DNA of 64,000 nt, taken from NCBI GenBank assembly GCA_000091205.1, contig AP006495.2, one strand, 5' to 3'. Numbering within the stretch: position 1 is the first letter of the stretch; each line of letters opens with the position of its first letter. The position numbers and the translations under genes were made by a program. Below the pieces are notes generated by a model, which was not told the origin of the DNA, did not search any database, and worked only from the letters and a program-made list of their open reading frames with translations. Origin of the DNA: Cyanidioschyzon merolae (taxonomy: Eukaryota). This document shows, one piece after another, positions 1 through 11,188 of this stretch.

Positions 1-2306
1 GGTCCATATCGGCCTTGAGCAAACAGTGGTACCGGCGTTGGGAGCAGTCTCTCCCGCACACGTCACACTGGTACTCAATGGCTGCCGCTGCGGCATATAA
101 TTCACGGCGCGTTGCCATGGGCGCCAGATGCATGCGCGATTTCGGAATACGCGACCCGTCGTCAAACAAGAATATGCGAGGAAGTCCGCCCTCAAGACCA
201 GCTGAGCTTGCTGCCAGGCTTCCCGAGCTGGTGGAGATAAGCGTCGCACCGGAACCCGAAAACCCGCCGCTAACAGTCTGTGGGCGCGTCTCGGGTGCCA
301 CTCCGTAGTTAATCAGGCCCCACTGCTCCAGAAAGGCGTGCACACGCATGACGGCACCCACATCGCCAGCGAGATGCCTCCGAACAGCTGTGCCTGTTAG
401 GTAGCGGGTCGGATCCTGCCGCCACGTGTCAATCATAAAATTTCGGTAAAGCATGTATACTTCGGGCGTTTTCGAAGCAAATTTCCCAGAGAAAAACTCC
501 GGCAACGCGCGTCGCTCAATGTCGTGAATCGCATCGATGCGAAACCATCGGCTGTGCGCGGGAACACGAATCGGCGACTTTTCACCAATCGCCGTGGCAG
601 CAGCCGCAGCCGGAAGCGTTTCCCGCTCCGCGAGGCCACCGAGTGCCTCGGCGACGCGACGCGGTGCAAGCGATTCTCGATCACGTGGCGCGTGTGCTGC
701 CGGCCCCGGAAGCGCATCCTCTTCGGCTGCCGCAGCGTCATTCCGCTCTTTTCGTCGTTCGCGTAATGCTTCTCGCTGCTGTGCTAACCTCTTCTGTAGC
801 TGCTCATCCCGCGAAGATGCAGTTACATTGCGCATGCGCAGTGTCGCGTCATCTGGAACTAGCGGACGCACCGTTGGGCGTGAAATGCGCGGTGCAGCGC
901 CGGCCGCAGCGCTTGGCTGCTCCGCATCGACCGCAGCGCAAGTCTCCGTTGTGAACGTGATCGGGCCAGCAATATTCGGTGCCGGAACTTGCTCCGCGGG
1001 TGCATTGCTCGAGCTTCCCGCGTCCTGGCTCGCTATCGGCGGTGCCAAGCGAACCTTGATCTTCATCGGCTCTGCGGATTCCTCTCGGACGGCGCGCACC
1101 GTCACCCGTTCTGGCGTGCCGTCTGGCTCCGGCTTCACGGGACTCGGTTCAGCGGATTTTCGTTTCGACGGCGTCGGTGCTGCGGTCTTCGACTCGGATC
1201 CTCGCAGGTGGCCATCGATGCGCGAGGCCGATGGCGGTTTCCACTCATCGACATTGAGCTTCTCCTCTTCGGGTATTACCTCATAGTCGTTTTCATTGCA
1301 CCACTCATTGAACTTTTCGCAATCCTCGAGAAATCTTTTCTGCACATGCCATATTTTGCCCTCAATCACTCCGGAGAGATTCTCCTCCTCTCCGTGCAGT
1401 TCGCCGTCGGGATCTTCTACCTCCTGAGCGGGAATCCATGAATCGTACGAATCGGGAAAGTACCACCAGTGCGTCAGTACTTGATTCCCTTTCCTTTTCA
1501 GACTCACGCAGTAGTCCTCTGCCTCGGTCTCAGCCTCTGTCGTGCCGGGTGGATCGGGGTACACAATATGTGTTGCCTCGCGAGGCGACGAAACGACGGA
1601 CGCACCATGCTTCCTTGCAATGGCGCTGAGGCGGTCAATCTCCGCCGAACCCAATGCCGGTGCGAAAAACAACCGCGGCATCTGGAGCTGTTTCCGTTTT
1701 ATCAGTTCCCGCTCAACTTCTTGGAGCATCTCTAAAAAAACTCCAGTCATATCGGGTTTGTGGAGATCAAAACGCCGTATTCCACGAGCAACCCTGAACC
1801 GAAAACAGCATTCGATAATTGTACGCAATGAGCCGTGTGCCGAGTAGTCGTGAAAGAGACGATTCGGCAGTTTCGTCATGAAACCCCGAATTTCTGGCGG
1901 CTCGACGGAGTTCCGTCCGAGAACCCGCTCTTGAAACTGAAGCAGGTTACCGGTCAGGAGGCTCAGCGCGCGCGGGGAGACGTCCACAGAGTCACCGGGT
2001 CGAAACCCCAGTTGTTCCGGCGATTCAGCGTTTAGCTGTGCCGAGATTGCCTCGAACTTCGCAATTTGATGAGGATCCTCGTAGTCTTTCATGGATATAT
2101 TACAGGACTTTACCCGCTTCCGCCGCGAATCCGCAGGTCTCTGACCTTCAGCTGACGGAAAAGCAGTGTCTTCCCGCGCATCCGCTGCAGCTCCTGTGCG
2201 CACTTCTTCAGACGGGGTAGACGTCGACTTGTTCCCGTCCGGGATGTGTGTTCCGTTGCCTTGCTGCTCTCGCGCGGTGCGGGAGCGTCTCTTCCGCGGG
2301 GGAACC
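1..2306 (-). CDS. SWI/SNF complex subunit SWI3/SMARCC (BAF155/170-like). Partial: C-terminus lies beyond the window start
   Basis: A continuous minus-strand ORF opens at ATG 2306 and runs off the window edge, so it is absent from the ORF track. Translation matches the BAF155 N-terminal region (LLQFQERVLGRNSVEPPEIRGFMTKLP..., VLTHWWYFPDSYDSWIP, KIWHVQKRFLEDCEKFNEWCNENDYEV). It has a SWIRM domain (WFRIDAIHDIERRALPEFFSGKFASKTPEVYMLYRNFMIDTWRQDPTRYLT...FLEQWGLINYGV), then a ZZ-type zinc finger start (YQCDVCGRDCSQRRYHC). The start could instead be the internal Met MKDYEDPHQ near 2093. Confidence 0.7.
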
Positions 2307-2318
2307 ATGAAAAACACG

Positions 2319-4444
2319 TCACAGAGTTACTAGCTCCACCGAAAGACTTTCAAAAGTCGATAGCTTGAATATCAGTATACAGTAGTGGCGAGCTGCGCGC
2401 CCCAGATCATACGTCTCCAACTGATGCGCAGATGCCTCCCTGTCTTTTTTGGACCGGCCATCTACTACTGGTTTCAACTTGTTTCCGTAAAATTCCGCCT
2501 GGAGAGGTTCCCCCACAAAGTTGGCTCTTGTCAACTCTGGAGGCCTTCTTTCCATCACCGCACATCTCCTGATATTGATAGCGACATTAAAGTCTCGGTT
2601 CACAAACTCCATACGTTTCTTGCCATCATTGGTTGTACTAACCAATGCGATTAGTCCACGATCTTTCGCCCTCCCTTCCGGTGACTGCTTCGTCAGCGCT
2701 CCGTACTTTGATATATCCACAGGACTCCTCTGGCACTTTTCGATCTGCACGCTCTGGAGTATGCACCCCAGCTCATGGTGTGTATACGATGTTCGGAACT
2801 CATCTACAGGTATCGTAACGAGACGCCTTGTGCACTCCTTGTACGCTCTTGTCGTCGGAGCTGGTGGACATCCTTTTTGGGTCATCCAGCGCCCTGCTCC
2901 GCACGCTACTACGAGCCTCTGACTTTCATCCTCTTTGAAGGCACTCAACTCATTGAAAAAATTCGCGAATGCACGCGGTTTCCCACAATACAAGTTCATA
3001 CGCAAACGAGCCCACCGGGGCTTTGCATACTCATTCCACAGTGCATCCCAATGAGCAACGCGAACTTCCATGAATTCCTGACAAGCTTGAAAGTCTGCTC
3101 CGCGGCTCGTCATCTGGTTCATAGCTTCAAGGTGCTCTTGCATTCCTGCATTTCACGTCTCATTTTTCCCTCGCATTCAGTATTCCCGACTCTCGGTGAT
3201 ATCCCGCTCGTGAGAGGTTTAACTGATGCATGTCTTTCTGGCATAAATTGCCTTCAATACCATCCTCCGCACGCTTGGGTACTGCGATGTTATGATATTC
3301 GTATTCATAGGGTCCGCGCCATCGACAATGTCGTTCTCATGCACTTCCTGCGTCGTAGGATACACCTGCTTCTTTTCTTCATGCTTCGTCATGGGCGATA
3401 TCGAAGACGGACCAGTACGATCTGTCTCCAAGCGCCGATTGTGTACATATATGGCTACTCCATCGCGTTCGATCATCCCCGTGAGTACATTTCGCTTGTC
3501 CTTTTTGTGACGTTTGAAATCGAAGATATTCTTCCAAGTACGTCTCCTGCTTTGTACCGGTGAACTCTGTCTTCCTTACATCGAACTCCGGACAGATCTC
3601 CTTCATGATGCCGTACAGGATTCTGGAGTCGATCGTCACAACGCGTGACTTGATGTTGCACAACGGCAGGACGTTGAAGTGCTTCCCCAGAAGCGCAGCC
3701 TTCCGTTTCTCCGACTCTTCATTTTTTCCCGCGCCTACGTCCTTTCCAGTCTTGCGTTCCAGGTCTCGGTCCAAAAACACGAGATAGTGCAGGATTAGGG
3801 TATAGGATCCTTTACCATATTTTTCCATATTTGATATTTTTTCTTGTGAATTCGGCAGCCCCAGTACCGCAAGGTGCTTTCGAATAGCCGCGCGGATCAC
3901 AGAAGCTTCATTCCTTCTCCCGCGTGACATCTTCCCGTCGACGAGTTCGATCTCTTGTGCATTCTTACTCTCGTTCGCGACGCCATTGATCATGGCTCAT
4001 CTCCCTTTCCGAGCGAGACCCGGGTACAGCGCATAGACGGCGCGTACCATGAAGCGTTTGACGTTCACGGTCATCTGATTCCTCAGGTTCGTGAGGTACT
4101 TCATTGCCCCGTAGGCGTAGACCTCCGCGAGTCACCTCTGTATCTAGAACCGCTGCAGCGGTATTTGGGTAATTCTCGTTGAGGGCATGCACTCGCTCAT
4201 TTTCGTCGACGTTTCCCCTCTACCAACGATCAAGTGGCAAATAAAGGTCCTGCTGAAAAAAATCCTCCGGAACCGCGACTGTTTTGATGTCTGTCAGGTC
4301 GCGATACATCCATTTCACCAAATGCATTAGTCCTGAAGGAGCCTTTACATTACTCACGGAGTATGACACGACACGGTTTCTGATGGCCTCTCGCATCTTT
4401 GCCTTGTACGCATTCTTGGTATGTCCAAGAAGACAGACTTTCAC
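2319..4444 (-). pseudogene. Fanzor-like RuvC nuclease, frameshifted (copy A)
   Basis: Three overlapping reading frames are needed to follow the protein homology seen in copies B and C. The acidic repeat (KHEEKK...NDxVVD) is present as one unit. The N-terminal part is heavily diverged. Confidence 0.65.
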
Positions 4445-4870
4445 ACCGACTCTTCATACTGTCGCCTTTCTTGCAGCCTTTGATGTCGGGCTTCCTTCTT
4501 TTGCTCCTTCGTCTCGTCCTGTTCTTCTTTGCTTAGCACTATTTTTCATTCTCTCCGTAAGTCGGCGACACTGTGCCTCCGGGATCCTCCACTTGCTTTT
4601 CCATACCTTTCCTTTTTAATATTTTATGAAAAATAACGCTCGTTAAACGCGTCTGGTAGAAACCGCGAAAAATCACTTTCGTTCACTGACTTGAGGATTA
4701 GAACACAATTGAATTGAAAAACTATACGTTGCCACGACTTTAATGCAAATACAACTTGACCGGTAGAGCAACAAGACAACGAATGGTCACGAATGCATTT
4801 CCCTTCAAAGGCGACATGCGCGTCGTGTCTCGAGGCTGCCAGGTTTGGAGATGCGCGTATCGAGCGCGCT
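2330..4870 (-). mobile_element. Fanzor/TnpB-like element, copy A (decayed)
   Basis: Minus-strand ORF pieces 4220..4444, 3379..3993, 3219..3476 and 2319..3143 together align to one ~700-aa protein. It carries RuvC-I (VDGADPMNTNIIT), RuvC-II with a zinc-binding segment (TIPVDEFRTSYTHHELGC...EKCQRS) and RuvC-III (FVNRDFNVAINIRRC, about 2570-2597). Frameshifts fall near 3480 and 3200. The conserved 5' flank (to about 4870) and the 3' tail (to about 2330) are shared with copies B and C. Confidence 0.75.
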
Positions 4871-5757
4871 ATATAGAACAAAGAACAGAGACTCACTTGT
4901 AACTAGCAACGAGATAACGAGTTCTTTCCCTGTGTACGATCAACGTCAAAAATGGGGAAAAGATTTCCATATTGTCCAAAATATTCCTCATAGACGGACG
5001 GTCCCGCGAGCCGGACAAGTCTACCAGGCTGGTGCTTCCTGCTCCCCCAGCGGCAGGCGCTTTCGTGAACTCCGAGCAGCACGTCCGCAACGCCATTCAT
5101 TGTGGAATTACAAGTCGGCAGAATGCTTCTGGGCGTGTCGCCCTGGTCGCAGAGGGCTCCTAATACGCTGCTTCACGCTGCCGCAGGCAGAGGGTCTATC
5201 TGCCCAGGTATCAGCCTCTCAAAATGATATTTAGCCCTGATTCCGTAGCAGATGGAGCACGCCTCGAGCCGACGCCCTCTGTGGTATAAAAAAGCCGTTC
5301 TAGCTCTATGAACTATCTGCTCCAGCTGTTCAGGCGCAAAGGCGGATACGGAAAGGCAGGTACTCGGCGCACGATAGAACATAGGAGACGACCAGCATAT
5401 CCGAGAGGAATTATGGTTAACGAAGCTTGAAGGAAGGGTGCAGCATGATGAAAGCTTTTGAGCTTTCCAATATCCATCCCGCAGTCTGGGATCCGTAGTC
5501 CATACAAACGTGCTGTCATCGAAAAGCAAAAAATCGGACACACAGACTCGACGCGTCGACGGCGCTACGTTTGGCGGCTAGCGGCCTGGTGGCGCCTTTT
5601 CGCTGGGCGCAATTCGCTGCGGCGGACTGACTGAATGGGCGATAGCGCGGCAGCCATTGGAAGGCCGCGCTGTGGTATGTACGGAACCTAAGACGCTGGA
5701 GTCGCATGGGGTTGGACTCTTGACCAAAGAACCCTTCAACTTCTCCTTTGTGTACAT

Positions 5758-7107
5758 ATGGATCATAAAGTTGTCGCGTTAAAGTGGGACTCCCGGAGCC
5801 TGCAGTTGAGTCCGCGACCGATCGGAACGTACCTGCGAGCAGACGGCCGACTCGGGCGCCGACGGCGACAAGGTTCCTCCGGTCAGCCTGGTGCAGATTC
5901 AGTGCTTTCTGATGGTGTCTTGGAGGTAGCAAGTTCCAGGTCCGCATTTCTGTCGAAGCATGATACGTCTGCGCTTACATCGGAGGAGGGCACTCGTCGC
6001 CAGCGGGTTTGGAGCTTTGCCTTGCCCCTGTCGCGCCGGCGTTTCTCTGAGGCGGAAGAAGAGGCCCGCGGCTCATCGCTCAAGTCATCTGTCCAGCCCA
6101 GGGCGACTAGGAAGCAGCCGTCGTGGAAGTATTTGGTATCGGGTGCACTTGCTGGCGTCATTTCGCGAACAGCGGTGTCACCGCTTGAGGTCGTCGCAAC
6201 GATGAACATGTCGACTTCGTTGGCGACGCGTAACTTTATCCACGAAATGATTGATATCTTCCGCCGGGAGGGTCTGCCGGGTCTATTCAAAGGAAATCTT
6301 GCGAACTGTCTGAAGGTCGCACCCACAAAAGGCATTCAATTTGTCGTGTTCGAGACCTTCAAAAGGCTGATGGCTCGTCGGCGCCAGTGGTCCCAGGTAC
6401 GCCGAGCAGCGCGCTTCCCCGAGGGCAACGTACTTGTGGAGGAGCTCGATGATATAGAGCTTACAGCTGGTGAGCGCCTGATCGCTGGAGGCATCGCCGG
6501 TATGGGTGCAGCTGTCCTATGTTATCCACTTGAGGTTTCCAAAACGCTTCTGACCGCCGAACCTGGGCGCTATCGGGGCGTGTTCGGAACGCTGCGATCT
6601 CTCGTTCGGGAAAGAGGCTTCCAAGCATTATACCGCGGGCTCGTACCGACGATGATCGCCATGTTCCCGTACGTCGGCCTCGAATTTATGGTGTACGAGC
6701 AGCTCAAAATAACTCTGGCGAATAAGCGTGCTCTAGCTATGGCCGCCGTTGGAAAAGGCCCAGAAGGAGCGTCGCCAAATGCTCGACTCGGACGACAGCC
6801 GTCGAGCGACCAGCTCCCTGTCGGCGTTCTGCTGCTGATTGGAGCGATCGCCGGCACAGTTGCCCAAACGGCCTGCCATCCGCTAGACGTCATACGCAAG
6901 CGATTACAGTTGCAGGGCATTGGCAACCGACCGGTTCAATATAAGAGTATGATCCATGTAGCCCAAGAAATCATTAGAAATGAAGGTGGAGTGCGGGCAT
7001 TGTACAAAGGCCTATCACCGGCAGCAACGAGTGTGTTCCCCAGCGCTGGCGTAAGCTATCTCGTTTACGAATGGTGCAAGAATGCTCTCGGGGCAAAATC
7101 ATTCTGA
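5758..7107 (+). CDS. mitochondrial carrier family (SLC25) protein with a ~120-aa N-terminal extension
   Basis: Starts at ATG 5758. Three carrier repeats each carry a Px[DE]xx[KR] signature (SPLEVVATM, YPLEVSKTLL, HPLDVIRKRLQ). Six predicted TM helices. GxxxG-type motifs (GALAGVISRT, AGGIAGMGAA, IGAIAGTVAQ). Resembles adenine-nucleotide/CoA-type carriers. Confidence 0.85.
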   Translation: MDHKVVALKWDSRSLQLSPRPIGTYLRADGRLGRRRRQGSSGQPGADSVLSDGVLEVASSRSAFLSKHDTSALTSEEGTRRQRVWSFALPLSRRRFSEAEEEARGSSLKSSVQPRATRKQPSWKYLVSGALAGVISRTAVSPLEVVATMNMSTSLATRNFIHEMIDIFRREGLPGLFKGNLANCLKVAPTKGIQFVVFETFKRLMARRRQWSQVRRAARFPEGNVLVEELDDIELTAGERLIAGGIAGMGAAVLCYPLEVSKTLLTAEPGRYRGVFGTLRSLVRERGFQALYRGLVPTMIAMFPYVGLEFMVYEQLKITLANKRALAMAAVGKGPEGASPNARLGRQPSSDQLPVGVLLLIGAIAGTVAQTACHPLDVIRKRLQLQGIGNRPVQYKSMIHVAQEIIRNEGGVRALYKGLSPAATSVFPSAGVSYLVYEWCKNALGAKSF

Positions 7108-8789
7108 GCGAAAGTCTAATGCTCACTGCTTGCTCTAGAGCTTTCCAGAGGATGCACGATCAAACTGGAGGCCTCGCCCAGCACCCTACGCTTCTCATTA
7201 GTGTAAAATGGTCGTCAACGGAGCGCATGCTGTATTGTGCCTCGAAATGACTTGGGGAGTTGCTTTATCGTAGCGCGCGGCCATGTGGCTGCCGGGTTTG
7301 CTCGGTCGCGCACTGTGGTTCCGACCTCACAGCTTCGGGACTGGAGCGTTGGGACGACGTCCTACCTGTGCTGACTGCATTCATTTCAGAATGAAATGGA
7401 ACGGTTCCGTTAACTTGGACGTACAGGCCAAAGTTTGGGTTTCTTGCCACTGTAACCGACACTGGCCTTTGCGGGCTTTTTTCTAAGATTGCTTCCTTTT
7501 CCTCTTTCTTGTCCTTGGCTTGAAATGCCGCAGTTTCGCGTGCTGCACTAGCTCCGGTGACAGCAGTCGAGATATGTCACTGGCTGCGTTCAAATCCCGA
7601 TTTCCCGGCTTCCGACTGTTCTCTACGCCTCTCATGCGCAGGCGGAAGTAACGATATAAGCTTCGCTTACCGTTTTCATCTCCTTTGTGTGCAGCCTTGG
7701 TATGCACTTTTCAGCGGTGAAGCGTGACTGTAATCCGGTATCCCATGCGTCCGTCACACCTGTTCCTCCTGCGGGTACTGCCGAGTGGCGCGCGAACGCT
7801 TTGTTCATCGTTCGATACACGCTCCTGACGGGTACAGAAGGCTCGCCAGGAACTCCCTGCTCCGTTTCCACGCCTAGTGCCTTATCCTATGATAAGAGGT
7901 TTCCTTTGGGCGATCCCCCCCGGCGGGTATGCTGCCTGCTGTACACACAACACAGGTTGTCCCATTTATTAGAAGATTTACGGAACGCGATGTTGCCGAT
8001 GAAGAAGCGAGTTCCAGGAGGAAAATCGAGGCTCGAGACCCTGACGTGGAATTTCGGATCCGCCTGCGCTCCATTCACGCAAAGCGCTGACAATCTCTCC
8101 ACAGAGGGCGATCGCCGCGATGAGAAAAGTCTGAGTCCGAGATCCATTCCGAAGGAAAGATAAGAGACAAGAGCCCCTGAATGCATATTCCATGGAAGGT
8201 ATGATGCTTCTATGTAACGCAGATTCGCTCATGACCGTAAAATGAAAAGGATTAGCCATTCGACAGGAATCGCTCCGTTGACGTAAGAGGTTCGGCGAAC
8301 TTTCGGAATGTGCTTCTGAACAAGTCGGCAAAGGACGAAGTGAACTAACTTTCCTCGTCAATTCAACAACGCAAAGTGCTGTGCTTACGAGTTGCCTTGA
8401 AACAGAAAGATCGAAAACTAGAAAAATGCGGTATCCGCGCACGCTACACTTATGAAACACACATTATTGGGGGATTTTACGTCTGCATCGGATAACAAAA
8501 TCGGTTATTTCCCGATATCTGGTTCGAGGGCGTCGCGAATCATCTTGATTCCGATGACACAACGAATTCCATTGACGACGAATCGAAGGAGATACCCCAG
8601 AAAGATGACCGCGAATCCTTAAACAACTTATGCATGCGCAAGGCCCAAATGCTTCACGTCGAATCTCATGGCTGCAGATCTGGGAAAACGCGTAACAGAA
8701 TATCAAAAGGCACGGATAGAGCGAGCAGCCCAATGGTCTATAGTCATCCGACACTAGCGAAGACAACGAAAAAGCGCTCGCGAAAGATT

Positions 8790-9060
8790 CGCAACGGAAC
8801 GAAATCGTTTCACGAACACAGGGTAAATGAATACCCATTCACAGACTCCTTCAAACCTTTTTCGACCGGCCGCCTGTTATCGCTTTAAGCTTCTCCTTGT
8901 TGAATTCGAGCCTGAGAGGCTGTGCGAAAAAATCAGATCAAAGCAGCTCCTCGGGTCAAGTCTTCGTCAACGCATATCTCCTGATTCTTGTTGCAGTGTT
9001 AAGGTCTCGGTTCACGAATTCCATGCGTTTATTGCCTATGGTGGAACTCACCAATGTAGG
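8790..9060 (-). mobile_element. solo Fanzor 3' fragment (degenerate C-terminus plus tail)
   Basis: Reverse-complement translation reads GNKRMEFVNRDLNTATRIRRYALTK. The downstream segment cttttttcgaccggccgcc matches the conserved tail motif ttttctcgaccggcc. This is part of composite repeat (i). Confidence 0.55.
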
Positions 9061-9189
9061 GAGTCCTCGAACTCGCGTCCTCAAAGCCATTTCGCTGCTC
9101 TGTCAGCTCTCACTTATTTTCTATATCCTAAGCGCTGCGCTACCCTCTCCCCGTCAAGACCTTCTAAGTTGTACACCCTAGATCACCTC

Positions 9190-10110
9190 TTATTTTCTGA
9201 GAATGCACGCACTGTATTATGCCCTTTGGTGAGGACCCTCCCGGCAGGAGAAGCACTTGCGCAGGAGAGACGACATGGGTCCCAGTATGTCACCGTGCGC
9301 TGAACTCTTGAACGGTTCGCCCATTGGAGCGATCATAACGTTTCACAATTGAAATCTCTCTTCCGATTTAGTTGACCAACGGAGCGAATAGAGGAATGAG
9401 AAGCAGCTCTACCCGGATAGAAATCCCAAAGGCTCCAACGCAAGTGGAATTCTGAAATGCACGGTGTCCAACAGGAGGACGTATCCAGGTTTCAGGGAAA
9501 AGTTTTCTATGATTCGACGCAATGGTTGGTGCTGTCGTATACGAGCCCCCGCTACGAGCGAAACTGATGCCGACAGGTGGATGCGCTGCAGCTAGAACAC
9601 ATGATGATATCATCGTTCTCCTCCAGTTTGCTTGTACACACAAAGGCTCCCTTCACCTCCGGGAACATCCACATACGCTCCGACCGTCTCGTCCGAAATA
9701 ACTCTCATCGACTGAAAAAAAAACCGACGTCCCTGTGATTCATACTCTTTGTGAAGTTCCAGGAACGCTGCAGTCCCGATTTCGGTGCAAGATGGCCGTG
9801 AATGTCCTACCACTTTTTTGTGTCTGTAGCCCAGTGTTTGAGGACCACACGAACCAGCTGGTGAAAAACAGAGACACCTATTGTGGCTACTATCGTCGCT
9901 TTTGTTTCTCGTAAAGTGATCAATAGGACGTGTTCTATCATTGACTGCGAGCAGTCTCTGAGAATATCGGTTTTTGGCACGGAGCGCATACGCTCCTTTC
10001 TTACAGTGACCCCCAACCATATGAGTTCTGTTGTATAACTTACCTGAAAGCGAAATGCAGTCCTCCTTGCACTTTTCAGTAAGCAATGCATCCTACAGGC
10101 AATTCTGCTA
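9190..10110 (+). repeat. diverged copy of the ~950-bp 'MNALLRAS' repeat unit
   Basis: The 5' part (ttattttctgagaatgcacgcact..., with an AIITFH-encoding stretch near 9320-9350) and the 3' end (caaccatatgagttctgttgtata...cctacaggcaa, about 10020-10105) align to units 43177-44135 and 62899-63840. Confidence 0.5.
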
Positions 10111-11188
10111 CGTTCTATTCGGTACTTTTGCATAGCGATTTCGATCTCCCGAGATACACGGCCAAAAGTATTCGTCTACATGCAGCAGAGGTGCAGCAGA
10201 ATTGAGTTGAACGACTTTAAGAAGAGGCGCAGCGAGTTCCTGTCAATCGTTATCGGGCCATCAGAGATCCGAAACTCTTCATGGAAACAGGTAAACAATG
10301 TACGTCTTGAGAAGAGCCAAGCTTGAATGTTTCCGATAATGGAGAGAACATTCCCTCGAGGACAGCATCAGCAGAGCGCCATGGTTACATTTTTGAAGCA
10401 TTGTTTCTTCAACCTTTTCGCTCCAGTCAAGAAGCCTCCAGTCTAGTATCCGCGCGTCCAAATAAAGATCCGTGGAGCGAACGTCTCTATTGAAAGTTGC
10501 AGCTTATATGAACGTAACTTGGTATCCACGCATCGAGCGTATAAATAGACTAGCAGGGCGATCGAGCTTTCCGGCGGATGGGCCTCAGAGCACCCGGCTC
10601 ATCGAAGCATCGTGGAATAGACGCCTTCCTGCCGCTTCCGGGAGCGTGGACGCAGCACGGACAGCTAGCTGACCCCATTGGCGGCGGCTGCGCCCTCCAA
10701 GACCCCGAGACACGTCCTACATGTCTCGTAGGGGCCTGACATTGCGACCCACATCCTCCGCTCACTGAGTAGAACGCTTCATCGGGCCGCGACGAGCGTC
10801 GACTGAAAACAATCACCCTGTCCGTTTTATCCAGTATCTACTTGCTCCCTTCGGTACCGGCTGTCGCGCAGCCTGCGCCAACGAACTACTCAATACTCGT
10901 CTCGATGGTGAGTGCTAACGTGGGAGTCATTGCCCGCCCTGGCGACAATAGGAACACAAAGACCGCCGGTGTTTAGAAACAGAGGCCAAAGCGCCTGCCA
11001 TAGACGCCAGAGAAAGAGCCCGTAAGGCCGTGCGAACGGGTGCCGAAACGACTTTCACAGGGTGGTACGCGAAGCAGCACGAAGCAGCGACAGCTGCGAG
11101 TGCCTTTTTACGGACTCGAGGAGCGTTCCCCAACAGCGACAACCCTCAGTGATCAGCGACCAAGAGTGTGCGGAGAACTTGAGAAACT

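Noticed and set aside
537-2035. Plus-strand track ORFs 537..1286, 643..954, 989..1441, 1542..1847 and others with Ala/Ser/Arg-rich low-complexity translations
   Set aside because: They are antisense to the continuous minus-strand SWI3/SMARCC ORF (1..2306), which has clear SWIRM/ZZ/BAF155 homology. These are frame artefacts of GC-rich coding DNA.
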